Shown: one piece after another, positions 1-13,003 of the stretch
Layout of the letters: every line of letters starts with the position of its first letter
How positions within the stretch are numbered: position 1 is the first letter of the stretch
Assembly (NCBI GenBank): GCA_030390025.1
Contig: CM059432.1
Location: 52,330,001-52,394,000, forward strand
Length of the DNA: 64,000 nucleotides
Reading direction: 5' to 3'
Source: Squalus acanthias
Lineage: Eukaryota
Translations under genes and position numbers: made by a program
The notes under the pieces: generated by a model
The model's database searches: none
What the model saw: only the letters and a program-made list of their open reading frames with translations
What the model was told of the DNA's origin: nothing

Positions 1-399
1 ATAGATGTTTATGCACATTTAAATCCCGGAAGGCACTAGTAATGAGGGTTTAAATGAATGAGACACCTGTTTCCTGCTTAGAGCACCAGACCCATGTGAT
101 CCCAGGTACGCTTCCGCACATGCTGCGACCCTGGGACATTAAACTGCCCTCCAGCACGCAGCATCAAACAGCAAGTTTGCGAAGGAGGGACCCCATCAGG
201 TAAGTTCACGTTTTATTCAGATACTGGTGGCGTACTGCGTAGGTACGCTTCCGACCGCAAAATTCAGGTCATAATCTACTTCAGTATTGAATGAATGCTA
301 CATTGTTTTAGGTGCCATCTTTCAAATGAAATGTTAAACTGAGGCCTTCTCTACCTGTTCAGGTGGATATAAAAGATCTCATAACATTATTTGAAGAAC

Positions 400-1920
400 A
401 ATTTACAATTTGCATTTACACAGTGCCTTTACCGTGGACAAATGTCCCATGGCACTTCACAGAAACATAAACAGGCAAAAATCGATGCTGAGAAAAAAAA
501 AGAAAATATTAAGAGTGGTGACTAAAAGTTTGGTCAGAGGTGGGTTTTAAGAAGGAGAGCAAGTTGGAGAGGCTGACAAGTTTGAAGAGGGAATTCCAAA
601 GTTTAGAGCCTAGATGGCTGAAGGCATGGCTGCCAGTGATGGGGTGAAAGGAGTGATTGATACACAAGAGGACCAAGTTGGAGAGTTGTAGGGCTGGAGG
701 AGACTACAGAGATGAAGAAGGGGCTAGGCCATGAAGGGATTTAAACAAGAGGATGAGAATTTTAAATTGGAGTCATTGGGGGACTGGGAGCTAATGTAGG
801 TCAGTGGTGATGGGTGAGTGGGACTTGGTGCAGGATAGGATATGGGCAGAAGAAGTTTGGATGAGCTGAAGTTTGTGGAAGGTGGAGGATGGGAAGCTGG
901 CAAGGAGAGATTTAGAATAGTTGAGTCTAGAGGTGACAACAGCATGGATATGGATTTTGGCAGAAGATGGGCTGAAGCGGGGCGGAGACTGGTGATATTG
1001 CAGAGGTGGAAGTAGGCAGTCTTTCTGATGGAGAGGATGTGGGGTCAGAAACTCAACTTGTGATCAAATAGGACACTGAGTGTGTGAATGGTCAGGTTTA
1101 ACCTGAGACTATGGCTGGGCAGGAAGATGGAATTGGTGGCGAGGGTATGGAGATTGTGGCAGGGGTCCAAGACTATGGCTTTGGTCTTCAGTTTAACTGC
1201 AGGAAATTGCAATTTATCCAGGACTGGATGTCGGACAAGCAGTCTGACTTCACAGATGCAGTGGAGGGGCCGAGAGAGATGGTGGAGAGGTAGAGCTAGG
1301 TTTCATCAGCTAGGTGTCATCAGAGTATATGTCTTCAGATGATGTCGCCAAAGGACAGATCTTTGAGGGGACTCCAGAGGTAGCAGTGTGGGGACAGGAA
1401 GAGAAGCCATTGCTGGAGATGCTCTGGCTACAATTGGATAAGAGTGGACCAGGCAAGGGCAGTCCCACTGAGCTGGATAATAGAGAGGTGTTGAAGGAGG
1501 ATTGTGTGGTCAAACATGTCAAAGGCTGCAGAGATGAGGAGGAATAGTCCACCATGATCACAGTCACAGAGGAAGTAATTGGTGACCTTGATTAGGGCTG
1601 TTTCAGTGCTGTGGCAGGGCAAAAGCTTGATTAGAGAGATCCAAACTTGGAGTTGCAAGAAAGACGGGCCTGGATTTGGGAGGCAACAACACACTCAAGG
1701 ACTTTGTAGAGGAGAGGTTGGAGATGGGGCGGTAGTTTAAAAGGAGCGGGGTCGAGGGTGCTTTTTGTTGAGGAGGGTGATATTGCCAGTTGTTTTGAAA
1801 GCGAGGGGGACAGTAGCTGAGGAGAGGGAACCATTTACAATGTTAGCTAGCATAGGGGTCAGGAAGAGAAATTGGCTGGTTAGCAGTTTAATAGCAATAG
1901 GGACAAGGAAGCAGGAGGTT
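400..1920 (-). mobile_element. L2 LINE RT/3' fragment, degenerate
   Basis: KVLECVVASQI, HSTETAL, SAAFD..DH.ILL, LSGTALAW, GVP remnants; L2 tail at about 400-480. Confidence 0.85.
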
Positions 1921-1939
1921 TATGTCTCGTAGACAAGAT

Positions 1940-2272
1940 AAGAACTATTGGGTCCTGTTCTCGTCTGCCAAAACTGCTCACTATTCCAGGATCATCCAGG
2001 AATGCAAAGATAACCCCCGGCTTCTTTTCTGTACTGCAAACCGTCTTCTAAAACCCCTCTCCTGTCTCCTCCATCCTCACCTCCAACAAGTGCGAGGAGC
2101 TGATGGACTTCTTTCTCACTAAGATTGAGACCATCTGTTCAGCTGCCTCTGCCGCTTCCCTCCCTTCCCCAAGCCCACTGGGCTAAACTTCCTCTAAGGT
2201 TCCCCCCTGTGCCCTAGCCCTGAACTTGCATCTTTCTCTAGTTTCTCTCCTATCTCCCCTCATGCCCTCTCA
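1940..2272 (+). mobile_element. L2 LINE internal fragment
   Basis: YSRIIQECKDNPRLLF.TANRLLKP. Confidence 0.75.
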
Positions 2273-2989
2273 GAAGGGCGGGGTGGGATGTAATAGAGAT
2301 TGTGGGCTGGGGTTGAGCACTGAGAGGGGCGGAGAAGTGGGGGGGGGGGGTAAATCGGTGGCCTAGGGGTGGGAGGGGTGGATTGGTGTCGGGGGGGGGG
2401 GGGGGGGGGGGAGGTGGAGGTGGTTGAGAAAATCAGAGGCCGGGGGGTGTGTGGAGGATGTCCTTGTGGTGGGTATCGGAGGCCTGGGGGGGGGGGTGGA
2501 AAATCGGAGGCCTGGAGGGATCAGATGCCTCGTGGTGGGGGGGTGGGGTGGGTTATGTAGGAGGTAAATGTAAAGTCACTTACCTCCTAGATCCAGTAGC
2601 CCTCGCCTTGTATTAGCTGGCAGGTTTCACAAGGCATGCAAAACCCGACCAGTTAAATACAAAATGGAGGTAAAAGCAGAGGCTTCCAATAGACGACCCG
2701 CCTCCTGGCAGCAGATTGGGTGCGCTGTCCCTTTAACGAGTTGCACGGTCCATTCAAAGTTTTGCGCATGCGCAAAATTTAAAGCCGCCCCAAGCTGTGC
2801 AGGACCGGCAGACAGCTTAGAGGGAACGTTGGCCATAATTGGCTGCTATGTTTGCTTACATGATTGTACTTCAAAAAGCAATCCATTGATTGTGAAGTGC
2901 TTTGGTATGTCCTGAGGACATGATAAGGTACTTGTATAAGTGCAAGTCCTTTCCTATGCATTCCCCCTCCCTCCACTGCTTCATCAGTG

Positions 2990-3143
2990 ATGCGGAGATG
3001 TTGGACTGGGGTGGACAAAAATGAGAAGTCGCACAACACCAGGTTATAGTCCAACAGTTTTATTTGAAATTACGAGCTTTCAGAGCTCTGCTCCTTCTTC
3101 AGGTACAGTGAGGGAATATAAATCGATTACACCGTGGCAGTGG
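2990..3143 (-). mobile_element. Penelope family A pLTR fragment in an L2 3' end
   Basis: TSD TTCATCAGTG (2980-2989, 3144-3153); pLTR sequence shared with 53184-53311. Confidence 0.82.
3071..3105 (-). ncRNA. Minimal type I hammerhead motif, family A variant
   Basis: TAC-CTGAAGA-a-GGAGC-aga-GCTCT-GAAA-GCTC-GTA. Confidence 0.72.
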
Positions 3144-5410
3144 TTCATCAGTGGCAGAGCCTTTCGTCGCATCAATCCTATTCTCTGAAATTCCCTCCCT
3201 GTCTTTAAAACCCTCGTCAAAACAGTTTTCAACCAGGCTTTCAGTCATCTCTATCAGCTCTTTTACTATTGCTTGGAATCGGTTTTGCCTCTATGAGGCA
3301 CCCTAGGAATTTTACTATATTAAAGGCAGAGTCCTCACCACCTACACCATCTATGCTTATCATGGACAGTTGCCTATATCGGACAGATAATGCCAACAAT
3401 TTGTCAGTACCATAGGAGTTTAACATGCCGGCTATTTCGGGCAGTTCAATAAATTCTTCTGTATTTACCAATTTACACACCACTTTGTAACACCCCTCTA
3501 TCTGTGCAATGTTCACGTTTTATGCTCTGGTGATTTCTGTGACAAACTGTTAGTTAAACTGTAATATGGTCGCAAAATGAAGATATCGGGGATTAAAATA
3601 TCTAAAAGAATCACTAGAACATTGCACGTTACAAAAGCTGTACCATACTTGTAGATGGGAGCACATATCCTGGTTACTTGATCTAGCCCAATTATGATGC
3701 ATGCAGATGAATGAAAATACATTAGTGTTTTAAGTTTGCTTGGTTTAAACCGCACATGTTCTGCTGTTGGTCTCAAACATGAGGCACTGGTGCTCAATTT
3801 TTATATAATGAGGCAGAGATTGGTTTTACCGTCCACCGCTTATAGTGGGTAAATCGCGTTAACATTAACATGCACGCTATAAGCAGTGGGGACTGTGTAT
3901 AAATGCAAGTTTAAAAAAAATGCAAAATCATAAATGTTTCCTTTTATAAACAGGTTTATGATTTTGCTACACCTGGCACACAGGTGAAATTGTCTCGTAA
4001 TATTCTGTCTAATGACAAATGAAGGCAAACCATTCTTTGAATAATGGACAAAGTAAGTTGACAACTTTTCAGCTGTTGTATACATTTCCTCAGGCTATTC
4101 TATAATTTCGACATCTGCATACCCTGCCTTCACTGAGAGATTATCCCTGCCAATTCAAAACCAGACATACCCAGCATCCAGGCACTTCCCGCTAGAGGAG
4201 AATTGTTAATTAATGAGAATCAGCTTTAATGAAGTGCCGTTGAGAGGTGACAGTCAGAACCAGGCATAAACTAATAAGAACTGGCAGATTACACATTCTT
4301 ATTACTCAGCCAGGTTCAGCAGTAGGTTTCCCTTAAGGGGGAGTTGTGAAGAGTATCTTTTTCTTTCCAAAGTATTAAGTTAATAGCAAAACAAATTGTG
4401 TCTTTTTATAAACTTTTGTTAGAAGGTGGGGGTTGTAGAACTTTGAAAGTGGAAGCATTTTCGTCTGAATTTATGAACCATTTATATTATTTGCTAATGC
4501 ATGGGACACCCTTTAAAGTGCATGACATCACTCCTCATGGCTCAAGTTTTAACTTGCAGCCCCCACTCCTGCCTGTGATATGGGTTTCTGATGATGTGTT
4601 CATAGTACTTGAAGGAAAAAGGTCACCAGTGCACTTTCTTTTAGAAAAAATATAAATGTAGGAGGAGTGAGCATATGCCTTTCATTTCTGCAATTAAGAA
4701 AAGTGACTTTGGAAGGAAAATAATTAAACAGCAGACTGTGACTGCCACCAGACTACTTGAACATGATGAGGGGAGTGCTGTGGGGTGGCAGCATCAGAGC
4801 TAAACCTGATACTGTCCTCATATATAATCGCAAACAAGAACAGGATCCCGGGTTTGGGACCTCAGTGGCAAATGTTGCATCTCCACTGTCATCCTGGCAA
4901 GCAGAGATCAAACCTAGGCCCTTCCTGGTCGTATGATTCAGTACCATAACATGCAGTGCATTTTCCTGCTGTCCCATTGAGGGAGCTCTCTTTAACAAAG
5001 TTAAATCTGCAGCCTTTAGACCTAGATTATTTTATAGCTATTATTGTCTGGTACATTTCCTTCAATTAGTGTTTATGCTAATTTCCTGCTGCACGTCAAT
5101 GGAAAGGGAGGGGTGCAGACCAGAAATTACAATTGTCAAAAATACAGCAATCTAACAGATTAAAAAATTGCGGCAAAAATTAGGGTTGAAATTCTGATTG
5201 GCTAAACTCATATACAAACACTTAATTTGCTTCCACTACATTCCTGTGTGCATTACTTTTTACAAAGGTTTTTCTTTAAAAATAGGTTAACAATTGTATA
5301 AAAACAATAATAACATGCAGTTATATAGTGCCTTTAATGTAATATTTCCCACAGCACTTCACAGGAGTGTTATCAAACAAAAGTTGACACCAAACCACAT
5401 ACGGAGATAT

Positions 5411-5556
5411 CAGTACAGAAACAAAATACTGCGGATGCTGGAAATACACAGGTCTGGCAGCATCTATGGAGAGAGAAAGAGTTAACGTTTCAGGTCGATG
5501 ACCATTCACCAGAATTGGAAAAAGTTAGAGATGTAACAAGGTAAGAGAGACAAACT
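5411..5556 (-). mobile_element. Penelope family B short 3'-end copy (similar pieces at about 5945-6100, 16885-16975, 36930-37085, 38145-38195)
   Basis: Same tail as 13620-13713; TSD GAGATAT (5404-5410, 5557-5563). Confidence 0.7.
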
Positions 5557-5753
5557 GAGATATTAGGACAGGTTAACAGAGTTAAGCATCTGTAAGGGAA
5601 TTTAGCCAATCAGAATCTATACCCTATTATCTGCTTCACCTCAGGGACCTGGTTTTGAATCTGTTCAATTAAGCAGAGGCCTGTCCATTTTATAGAGAAA
5701 GCAGGCCAAAGGAACTGAGAGTTCGAATATCCTCACTGCTAGCTCAGCATGAA

Positions 5754-5845
5754 ATTGAGAGGTCGCACAACACCAGGTTATAGTCCAACAGTTTTATTTG
5801 AAATCACAAGCTTTCGGCGCTATCGCTCGCCCCTTCCTCAGGTGA
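5754..5845 (-). mobile_element. Penelope family A 92-nt insertion (hammerhead + tail only)
   Basis: TSD AGCATGAA (5746-5753, 5846-5853). Confidence 0.85.
5804..5845 (-). ncRNA. Minimal type I hammerhead motif, family A
   Basis: TCAC-CTGAGGA-..GGCG..CGCC-GAAA-GCTT-GTGA. Confidence 0.72.
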
Positions 5846-8800
5846 AGCATGAACCAGGGTTTGAACCTTCCAGTGGAAGCAGTTCTGCAAACACTCCACA
5901 AGTGTGGCTATTTGCTTTTCATTTACAGCACAGTACTGTAATATGAAACAAAAACAGAAAATGCTGGAAACACTCAGCTTTGACAACATGTCCACAATTG
6001 AAACATCAACTCCTCTGTTCTCTCCACAGATACTGCCTAACCTGCTGATCGTTTCCAGCATCTGCTTTTGTTTCAAATTTCACACATCTTCAGTTTCTTG
6101 CTTTTTGTTTATACTATCATGCAGTTACTTTCTTTGGGGCCACCAAGTGGCAGAAATAGGACTGTACAGCAAGTAAATTACATACTGGGATTAGACTAAT
6201 TTTACTGCACTGTAACAACTATTTTGTAATTTAAAAAATACTTTTACAGAGCGAGAAATTCACAAACTTAGTAACTTTTTCCCCCCTTCCTATCTGAAGG
6301 TGTTGTGACTCCTGTTGTAGAGTTTTATGGACACCTGATCCTTCCAGTCCCTGGCCATTCTTTGCGTGTGCCTACCCAGTGAATGTCAGTAGTCTATTTA
6401 ACCATGGAGGCATCAAAGCCCCTGATCCTGTCCTCAAACCTGGGACCTTATAGATTGTAGTCCCAGTACCATACAAGGCTGTAGATTTGAGCATCGACTC
6501 ACCTGAAAGATCTAAAGTGCATAAAAGAACATATGTTGAAAAAATAAGTGCATTCATGGTATAAACTTGAATTTCTCTGACTCCGATCGCCTAGCCTATT
6601 TAAAAGGCCAATATGCTGCTCTGATGGCTGAGGCTGTCACTGAGCCATACAAAGTAATTTTTAGGTTTAATCTCTAGTCTGTGCTGGGCCTCTTAGAATT
6701 TCATGTCACTTGAAAAAGTTAATGCCTCCATGGTGCAGGAAGATCTATACGCAAGAGATCATTCACAGTTTTCACAAAGATGCAAGAAAATGTATGTAAC
6801 CTGACAGATGTCTCATGTTCAAATATTCTAAATTTTAATAATGAGGCTCACCCATATTATGCTTTCAGAACAGGAACATTTTTCTGCTGAAAATTGTGCG
6901 CTTCAATAGCCTTCCTTAATTCTTCAAACTGGTGGAGCTTTTCAAAGATGATTCATGTCATGTTCTTCCACTAGTTTGTACAATTTTATGAAATCATGCA
7001 TTAACCCTCAAAGATGTAGACTTGAATTTTCAGACAGGCTTCAGAATTATTTTAGTGTAAGACCTTTTCATTGCCAAATCAAAAATATTTGTAGAAGGCA
7101 TTTGTTTAATGGAAAACCTGATGAATGTAAAATTTTCTCAATTAACTTGCCAGTAAGCTAGTCTTCGTACAATGCTATGCCTGAGTTTTCCATTTTCTCA
7201 CCTCAAGGGTGTCACAACCCTAAGGTCACGCCAGCTAAGAATAACAGGAAACTCTGATCTTTATACGGCTGAGAGATTATGCCTACACTAATTTATTACA
7301 CTATGGACTCAATTCTGTTAAATTGCAGTTGTAGCACAAAATTTATCCAAATTGTTTTATCTCTTTTTAGCCGATGGTGCATCTCTTCTGTACTCAAGGG
7401 GTAAGACAATCTTACAACAGGTATTACTCAATTAATTTTACCACATTGTACAGTACTCCATAGTACAATTTTCAAAAAAATTTCCTATTTCATACTCCTA
7501 AAAATGTACTTGGATTTTGGTGAGTGTTGCAAGTTAAATTTTCTCAGCACTAGCGTTGAGCACAGCCAGATTTTAAATAATTAAATTCAGAGTAAAGCTT
7601 ACACTGCAGTAAACTTTAAAAAAAAAAAATTGGGTTAACATTGCTTGAATGTCTTAAAGGTTACCTCGTGTACGCTGACAGGATATTTCTGTCACAGCTG
7701 GTAGTTTAAAGGACAACCTGAAAACAAGGGAGCAAATGTAACTCTTGTTCAACATGAAGAATCTCTATGCAATTACTGTGATTACACTTTGGCACCATTA
7801 TATTCTCTGGTTACTGCTTACTGGTCATTAGCTCAACAATCCTTTCTACCCTCTTCTCCCCACCCCGCCCAAATCTATTGATTTTCTTGCTACCCAACTT
7901 CTAAATTTTATGGAGATATAGCAGACCGCAGCTAGGGCAGCAGTGGAAAACAATGGACTTCAACTTCTACATTGAGGGGGTGTGTGTGTGTATAACAATA
8001 TATATATATATAAAAAATCAAGACAGTGTTCCCACTACTGAAAAAAGTGCATGTGTGGAGAAAGACTTACATTTATATAGTGCCTTTCACAATCAAGACA
8101 TGCTAAGGCGCTTTACAACCAATGAAGTACATTTAAAGCGTAGTTACTGCTGGAATGGAGGTCAGGAAGGCACCTGTGATTCACCAGGATCAAACAGCCT
8201 GCTGAGATTCACTTTCTAGGTTTTCAGAAGAATGGCCAGTTATAGGTATAGCAGCACTTGGCTTCCTCTTCGGTCCATACCAACAAGAGTAATCACCTTT
8301 AGGGGGAATTAATATTTTTAAAAACCGTGGAAGACAGCAAATTTTTCCATCAGTTAATTCTATTACTCAAAGTATTTGTAGGCCTGTTTTGTTTGGCAGA
8401 TTTATTTTGTGCAGTATTTAAATATTAGAAAACACTAACGTCACATTGCTCAATACGGCACTAGCAATTTGTTCCAATGCAATGTTAAAAGACCAGCCCC
8501 ATATTTTGTACATCAGTTACTATCACTGATCTTTTATTGTATCCTAACTCTACTATACCAGGGAACTCAAGCAAATTAGATCAATGTGGTGGATTTTAAC
8601 TTATAGATAATTTAAGTGAACTGTTAAGAAAACAATCTTCACTTAATATTGTCCACTGGGTTCCTCAATGCAAACACTGCATTGGGTGAAGATTCTTTTT
8701 CCACTTGATATTTTGCATTTGGTTTTCCTCAATTTGCATATCCTCACCCTGACCCTTCTAACCAGGCTCTGGCAGTTATCTCGGTGCCAGATGTAGTCAG

Positions 8801-10079
8801 TGTAGCTCAGGACAATCCCTTCAGCCTTCATTTCAAGAATCTGCTTGTGGGCTTCAGTTGGGATATTTGCAACCACATTACTGCTAGTGGCAAACTCACC
8901 AAGTATGAATGAAGGCACAAAATGGTGTGTGTTTTTTTTGTTGACTTTCTCATCTTTTGGCTCCTACTACACTTGTGCTCTGGTAACTTAGCCAAGTGAC
9001 CGTTCAGGGGAAATGTAGACAGTAAACAATACCAATTGTTATCAAAGCTCAATTTTCTGCAACATTTGAAAACTTTTCATGGGTTAAATTCTATTGCACA
9101 GCTTCCCAATATGCAATCTATATAGAGATTACAAAAGTTAACATGGATCTCTAGACTTATACAACCCCCATTGTTCATAAATATAAATTGGAGATGCAAA
9201 TATTTGAACAGTGCCCCTGGCTAATATAAAAGCCTACTGATTCAACCATACCCACAATATACCCCAGACTAATAATGCAGTCAGAAGTCATAGTTGTAGG
9301 ACAATTATTCCAATTTACCCCAATGTATTGCAGGCCCTTTCCTTCTTCCCCACCCCACCCAAATTTGACTCCTGAAGGCACCAATTCAATGCTAGAAAAT
9401 ATTTCTACTGGAACAGACTTCCCTCTAGTATTCTTTACACTGCCTTTACCCAACATCCACTCTCCAGCAGAGATGCAGACATCAAATCATAATCCTACTA
9501 CTGTTGCCTGGCTGAGGTTTGCTAATGCAGCACAACTCACTGAACTGTGGACTCTCCTAAGGTGTCACTCAGTATCACACTTGGCAGTGTATTTACCCAC
9601 TATGCCATCAGGGAAGCTGTAGTGTAGATTTGAGAGATATTAGGCAGAATAGGGTGCAGCCAAAAAGAAAATTAGGCAGACATCTCAAGTATGACTCAGT
9701 CGGTGGCTAAGTACAGAAATACATTGGGCCATGAGAAATCTGTTACCCACTGGTATAAGTACATTCTCTCTCCCAGCCCACACAAGAGCTGAACCAGGAT
9801 TGTAAGAGGTGGTAACTATGCCTTTAAAATGCATTCAAAAGATTAGAATTCCAAGCACAATGCAATGTAGACAAGGGTTGTACAGGCTTGTTATTGCTAA
9901 AGCAGCTGTACACAGATGACAGGTCTGTCTCCAAATTTAGACAGATCTCCAAACAGGTTGTGAATATTTAAGTACTGTAGATACAAAAACCTACTCAACT
10001 CACATTTTACACTTCAGTAGGAAACCACTTGAATGTTTCCAGGAAATCTATTGCCATTACTGGAGACACAGCTTGTCAG

Positions 10080-10402
10080 TCATAACGGCACAGGAGGCTG
10101 CCATTCGGCCCACCAAGTCTGTGCCAGCTCTATCCAGTCAGTCCCATTCCCCCACTATCTCCGTAGCCCTGCAAGTTTATTTCCCTCAAGTGCCTATCCA
10201 GTCTCCTTGAAAATATTGTCTCCCTGCTTCCACCGACAGTGAATTCCAGGTCATCACCACTCGCCGTGTAAAAAGGTTTTCCCTCACATCCCCCTGTACC
10301 TCTTTCCCAAAACTTTAAACTTGTGTCCCCCAGTCCTTGTATCATCAACTGGTGGGAACAGCCTTTCCCTGTCTAGCCTATCCAAACCCATCATCAGCTT
10401 GT
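10080..10402 (-). mobile_element. CR1 3' fragment
   Basis: CR1 tail (GGCCATTCGGCCC-like) and 3' ORF2 remnant. Confidence 0.72.
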
Positions 10403-11022
10403 ATTTTTTTTTATATAAAAGGACCAGTTAGAGATATCAAGTATCACACTGAACAGATTGTTTGTGGAACTTAAGACCTCATTAATTGAACTCCAAAAGC
10501 TCTATGGGTACAATTCCATAGAGTCATTGGGCAGCTTTGCAACAGGACACCCAAATGACCCTTCTGCAGACTAACAGCACATAGCAGCAACCTAATCTTT
10601 TGTGATTCCATCTCAGCCAAGTTCAGGCCTGTCTCCACAGCAAGTTTTCCAACAAAAGTCACTAGATGGCAATCAGGAGCAGGAACCTTAGTCAGTAGCT
10701 TTCCTTTCCTAATCCTTAGCATCGGAACCAATTGTGGCACTACCACTTCCTGGCTGAGATCAAGCTAACTCCATCTAAAATTAGGAATTAAGCTTGGACT
10801 GTTCTGGTCTAGGTCGTGCAGCACCACACCATGTAATGCATTTACACAATCAGTAGAGCCAGAAACTAATGCTTGGGGAGGGGAAAAAAGTGACACACAA
10901 AATCCTGGTCTATGTCTCAGTTCCATATGGACAGTCTATTACAATGTCATTTATAAGAATTGACTCAAACTAAGTATCTACTACCAAATGAAACAATTTA
11001 AACAAACACAAATTTAGAACTT

Positions 11023-11028
11023 TTTATT
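11023..11028 (-). terminator. Distal polyadenylation signal AATAAA of MYL12-like 3' UTR
   Basis: TTTATT on + strand, followed on the minus strand by the GU-rich element TGTGTTTGTTTAAATTGTTT. Confidence 0.6.
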
Positions 11029-11778
11029 TTAAGTCAGAATTTTGATAAGGACACTCAAATCTGAACAGGATGTAAAGTACGATCAAGAATAAGGCAGAAC
11101 AGATCTACACCAATCTGCAGAGTCACTTGGGACACTTTGGTGCTACCTTAGACAGAAAAACAGGGAAAAAACTCTGGATAAAATCTGAGCATTAAATTGA
11201 AATCTTGTCATTGGGATAATTTTTCACAATACCTCAATATATAGCTTACTACTCTTTATACCTTTTACAGTCATCCACAAGTATTGCCAAATAGCAGACT
11301 GATTAGATGAGTATCTTATTTAAGCAAAATATAGCTCCAAGAATGGAGAACCAAAACAGACAAACAAAACAGTTCAGACTCTTGCATATTAAGAGTGCCA
11401 TCACCACTATACCATGATCTCTAATGCAAAACCAGCCCTTTTACAGGACATATCTTCATGGTTAGCTTAAAGAGTATATTTTCAATGTTTTAGTTGGACA
11501 TAATACAGGTATATTGATCAGAATACAATTATATATGGACAATGTGGTGTATTTTCCCTTCCCATAATACTGCAAACCACACTAAGATGACACTGAATTT
11601 AAAAAGGGTTTGTTTTAGGTTTAAAAAACCTAAAACATCAGGAATTCTGACAAGGCGTTTTACTTAAGGGATCTGTTTCTATACTTTTGTTCCCTGCTAC
11701 TCATCTTCCACTTATTCTAAACATGTGCAAAGTGTGCCAACATGACTGGAAAAAAATATAAATATGAAAAAAGCAATG

Positions 11779-11784
11779 TTTATT
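11779..11784 (-). terminator. Proximal polyadenylation signal AATAAA
   Basis: About 90 nt after the stop codon, with U-rich sequence downstream on the minus strand. Confidence 0.4.
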
Positions 11785-11876
11785 TTAGAGAGCCAAGGCA
11801 TGCAATTTGTTCCAATAGGTATAAATTTTGCAAAGTAAAAGAATGAACAGGAGCTTTTTTAGTAGTTTACATTCCA

Positions 11877-12049
11877 TTAGTCATCTTTGTCCTTAGCACC
11901 ATGTTTCAGTATGCGGGTAAACTCAATGTAGTTGAAGTTGCTCTTGCTATCAATTGGTGCTTCTCGGAAAAGTTCATCCACCTCATCATCAGTAAACCGA
12001 TCCCCCATTGTTGTCAGCAGATCTCTCAGGTAGTCTTCCTGGATATAGC
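11877..12049 (-). CDS. MYL12: MYL12-like last coding exon ([19 protein letters not shown]...HGAKDKDD*)
   Basis: 173 nt, cttctttgcAG acceptor, TAA at 11879-11877; three exons total 519 nt = 172 aa + stop; IQEDYL and NYIEF residues are MYL12-type. A vs B paralog cannot be decided from this window. Confidence 0.97.
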
Positions 12050-12587
12050 CTGCAAAGAAGAAAACACAACTACAGCAAATACTTCCATTGAAACAAAATT
12101 AGTTATCCTTGTCAGAACAAAAAAAACTGTACAAGAATCACAAATGAATGGTTAGGAATAGAATAACTTCATGAATCTTGTCAAAGGTGTACAATAAAGT
12201 ATAATTAACCTCAGATGCAACATAAGGAGGTGCACAAGGGACCAGATGTTTTCCCACAAAAGGAGGGAGGGAGGGGGATAATCCAATAAAAGACTCAAAT
12301 TGCTCCTAGTGGCACATTATAAAGCAGCATTGCCAGAAGCTTGGGTGCAGGGTATGGCAGCAAGATTAAGAGTCAGCCATGACTCAGTTGGTAGCACCCT
12401 CGCTTCTGAAGGTTGTGGGTTCAAGTCCTACATCCAGAGACTTGAGCACAAAAATCTAGGCTGACACTCGTGCAGTACTGAGGGAGTGCTGCACTGTCTG
12501 AGGTGCTGCCTTTTGGATGAGACGTTAAACAAAGGCCCCCGTCTGCGTAAAAGGTCCCTTGGCACTATTTTGAAGAGCAAGGGAGTT

Positions 12588-12865
12588 ATAGAAACATAGA
12601 ATCTAGGAGCAGGAGTAGGCCATTCGGCCCGTCGAGCCTGCTCCACCATTCAATACTATCATGGCTGATCATTCAAATCCAGTACCCTGTCCCTGCTTTA
12701 ATCCCCACAGTACACATATCCCACCCTAGCCCCGTAACCCCACGTATTTAATTCCCCCTAACATATCCCATCCTATCCCCATAACCCCACATATTTAATC
12801 CCCTCCCCCTAACACTAAGGGTCAATTTATCATAGCCAAATCAACCTAACCCGCACATTTTTGGA
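12588..12865 (-). mobile_element. 5'-truncated HE1/V-SINE-like element with CR1-type tail
   Basis: V-domain-like GCGGGTTAGGTTGATT.GGC.ATGATAAATTG.CCCTTAGTGT plus CR1 tail. Confidence 0.72.
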
Positions 12866-13003
12866 CCCTGGTGTCCTGGCCAATATTTATCCATCAACAT
12901 CACACAGATTATCTGGTCATTATCACATTGCTGTTTGCAGGAGCTTGCTGTGTGCAAATTGGCTGCCACATTTCCTACATTACAACAGTGATTACACTTC
13001 AAG

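Noticed and set aside
3241..3797. Two abutting ~90-aa minus-strand ORFs
   Set aside because: No recognisable domain or splice support, and the first runs into an L2 tail; a BLASTX search would settle it
5480..5516. Additional hammerhead copies (5480-5516, 16889, 21409, 49180)
   Set aside because: Catalytic core mutated (CTGGTGA) or truncated
7355..7406. 30-nt micro-exon-like segment (TTTTTAG|...GGG|GTAAGA) on the + strand
   Set aside because: No partner exons or gene identifiable; such signals arise by chance
12370..12430. tRNA gene-like A/B boxes (also 24180-24245, 34285-34350, 38425-38490)
   Set aside because: SINE heads continuing into SINE bodies; no full cloverleaf
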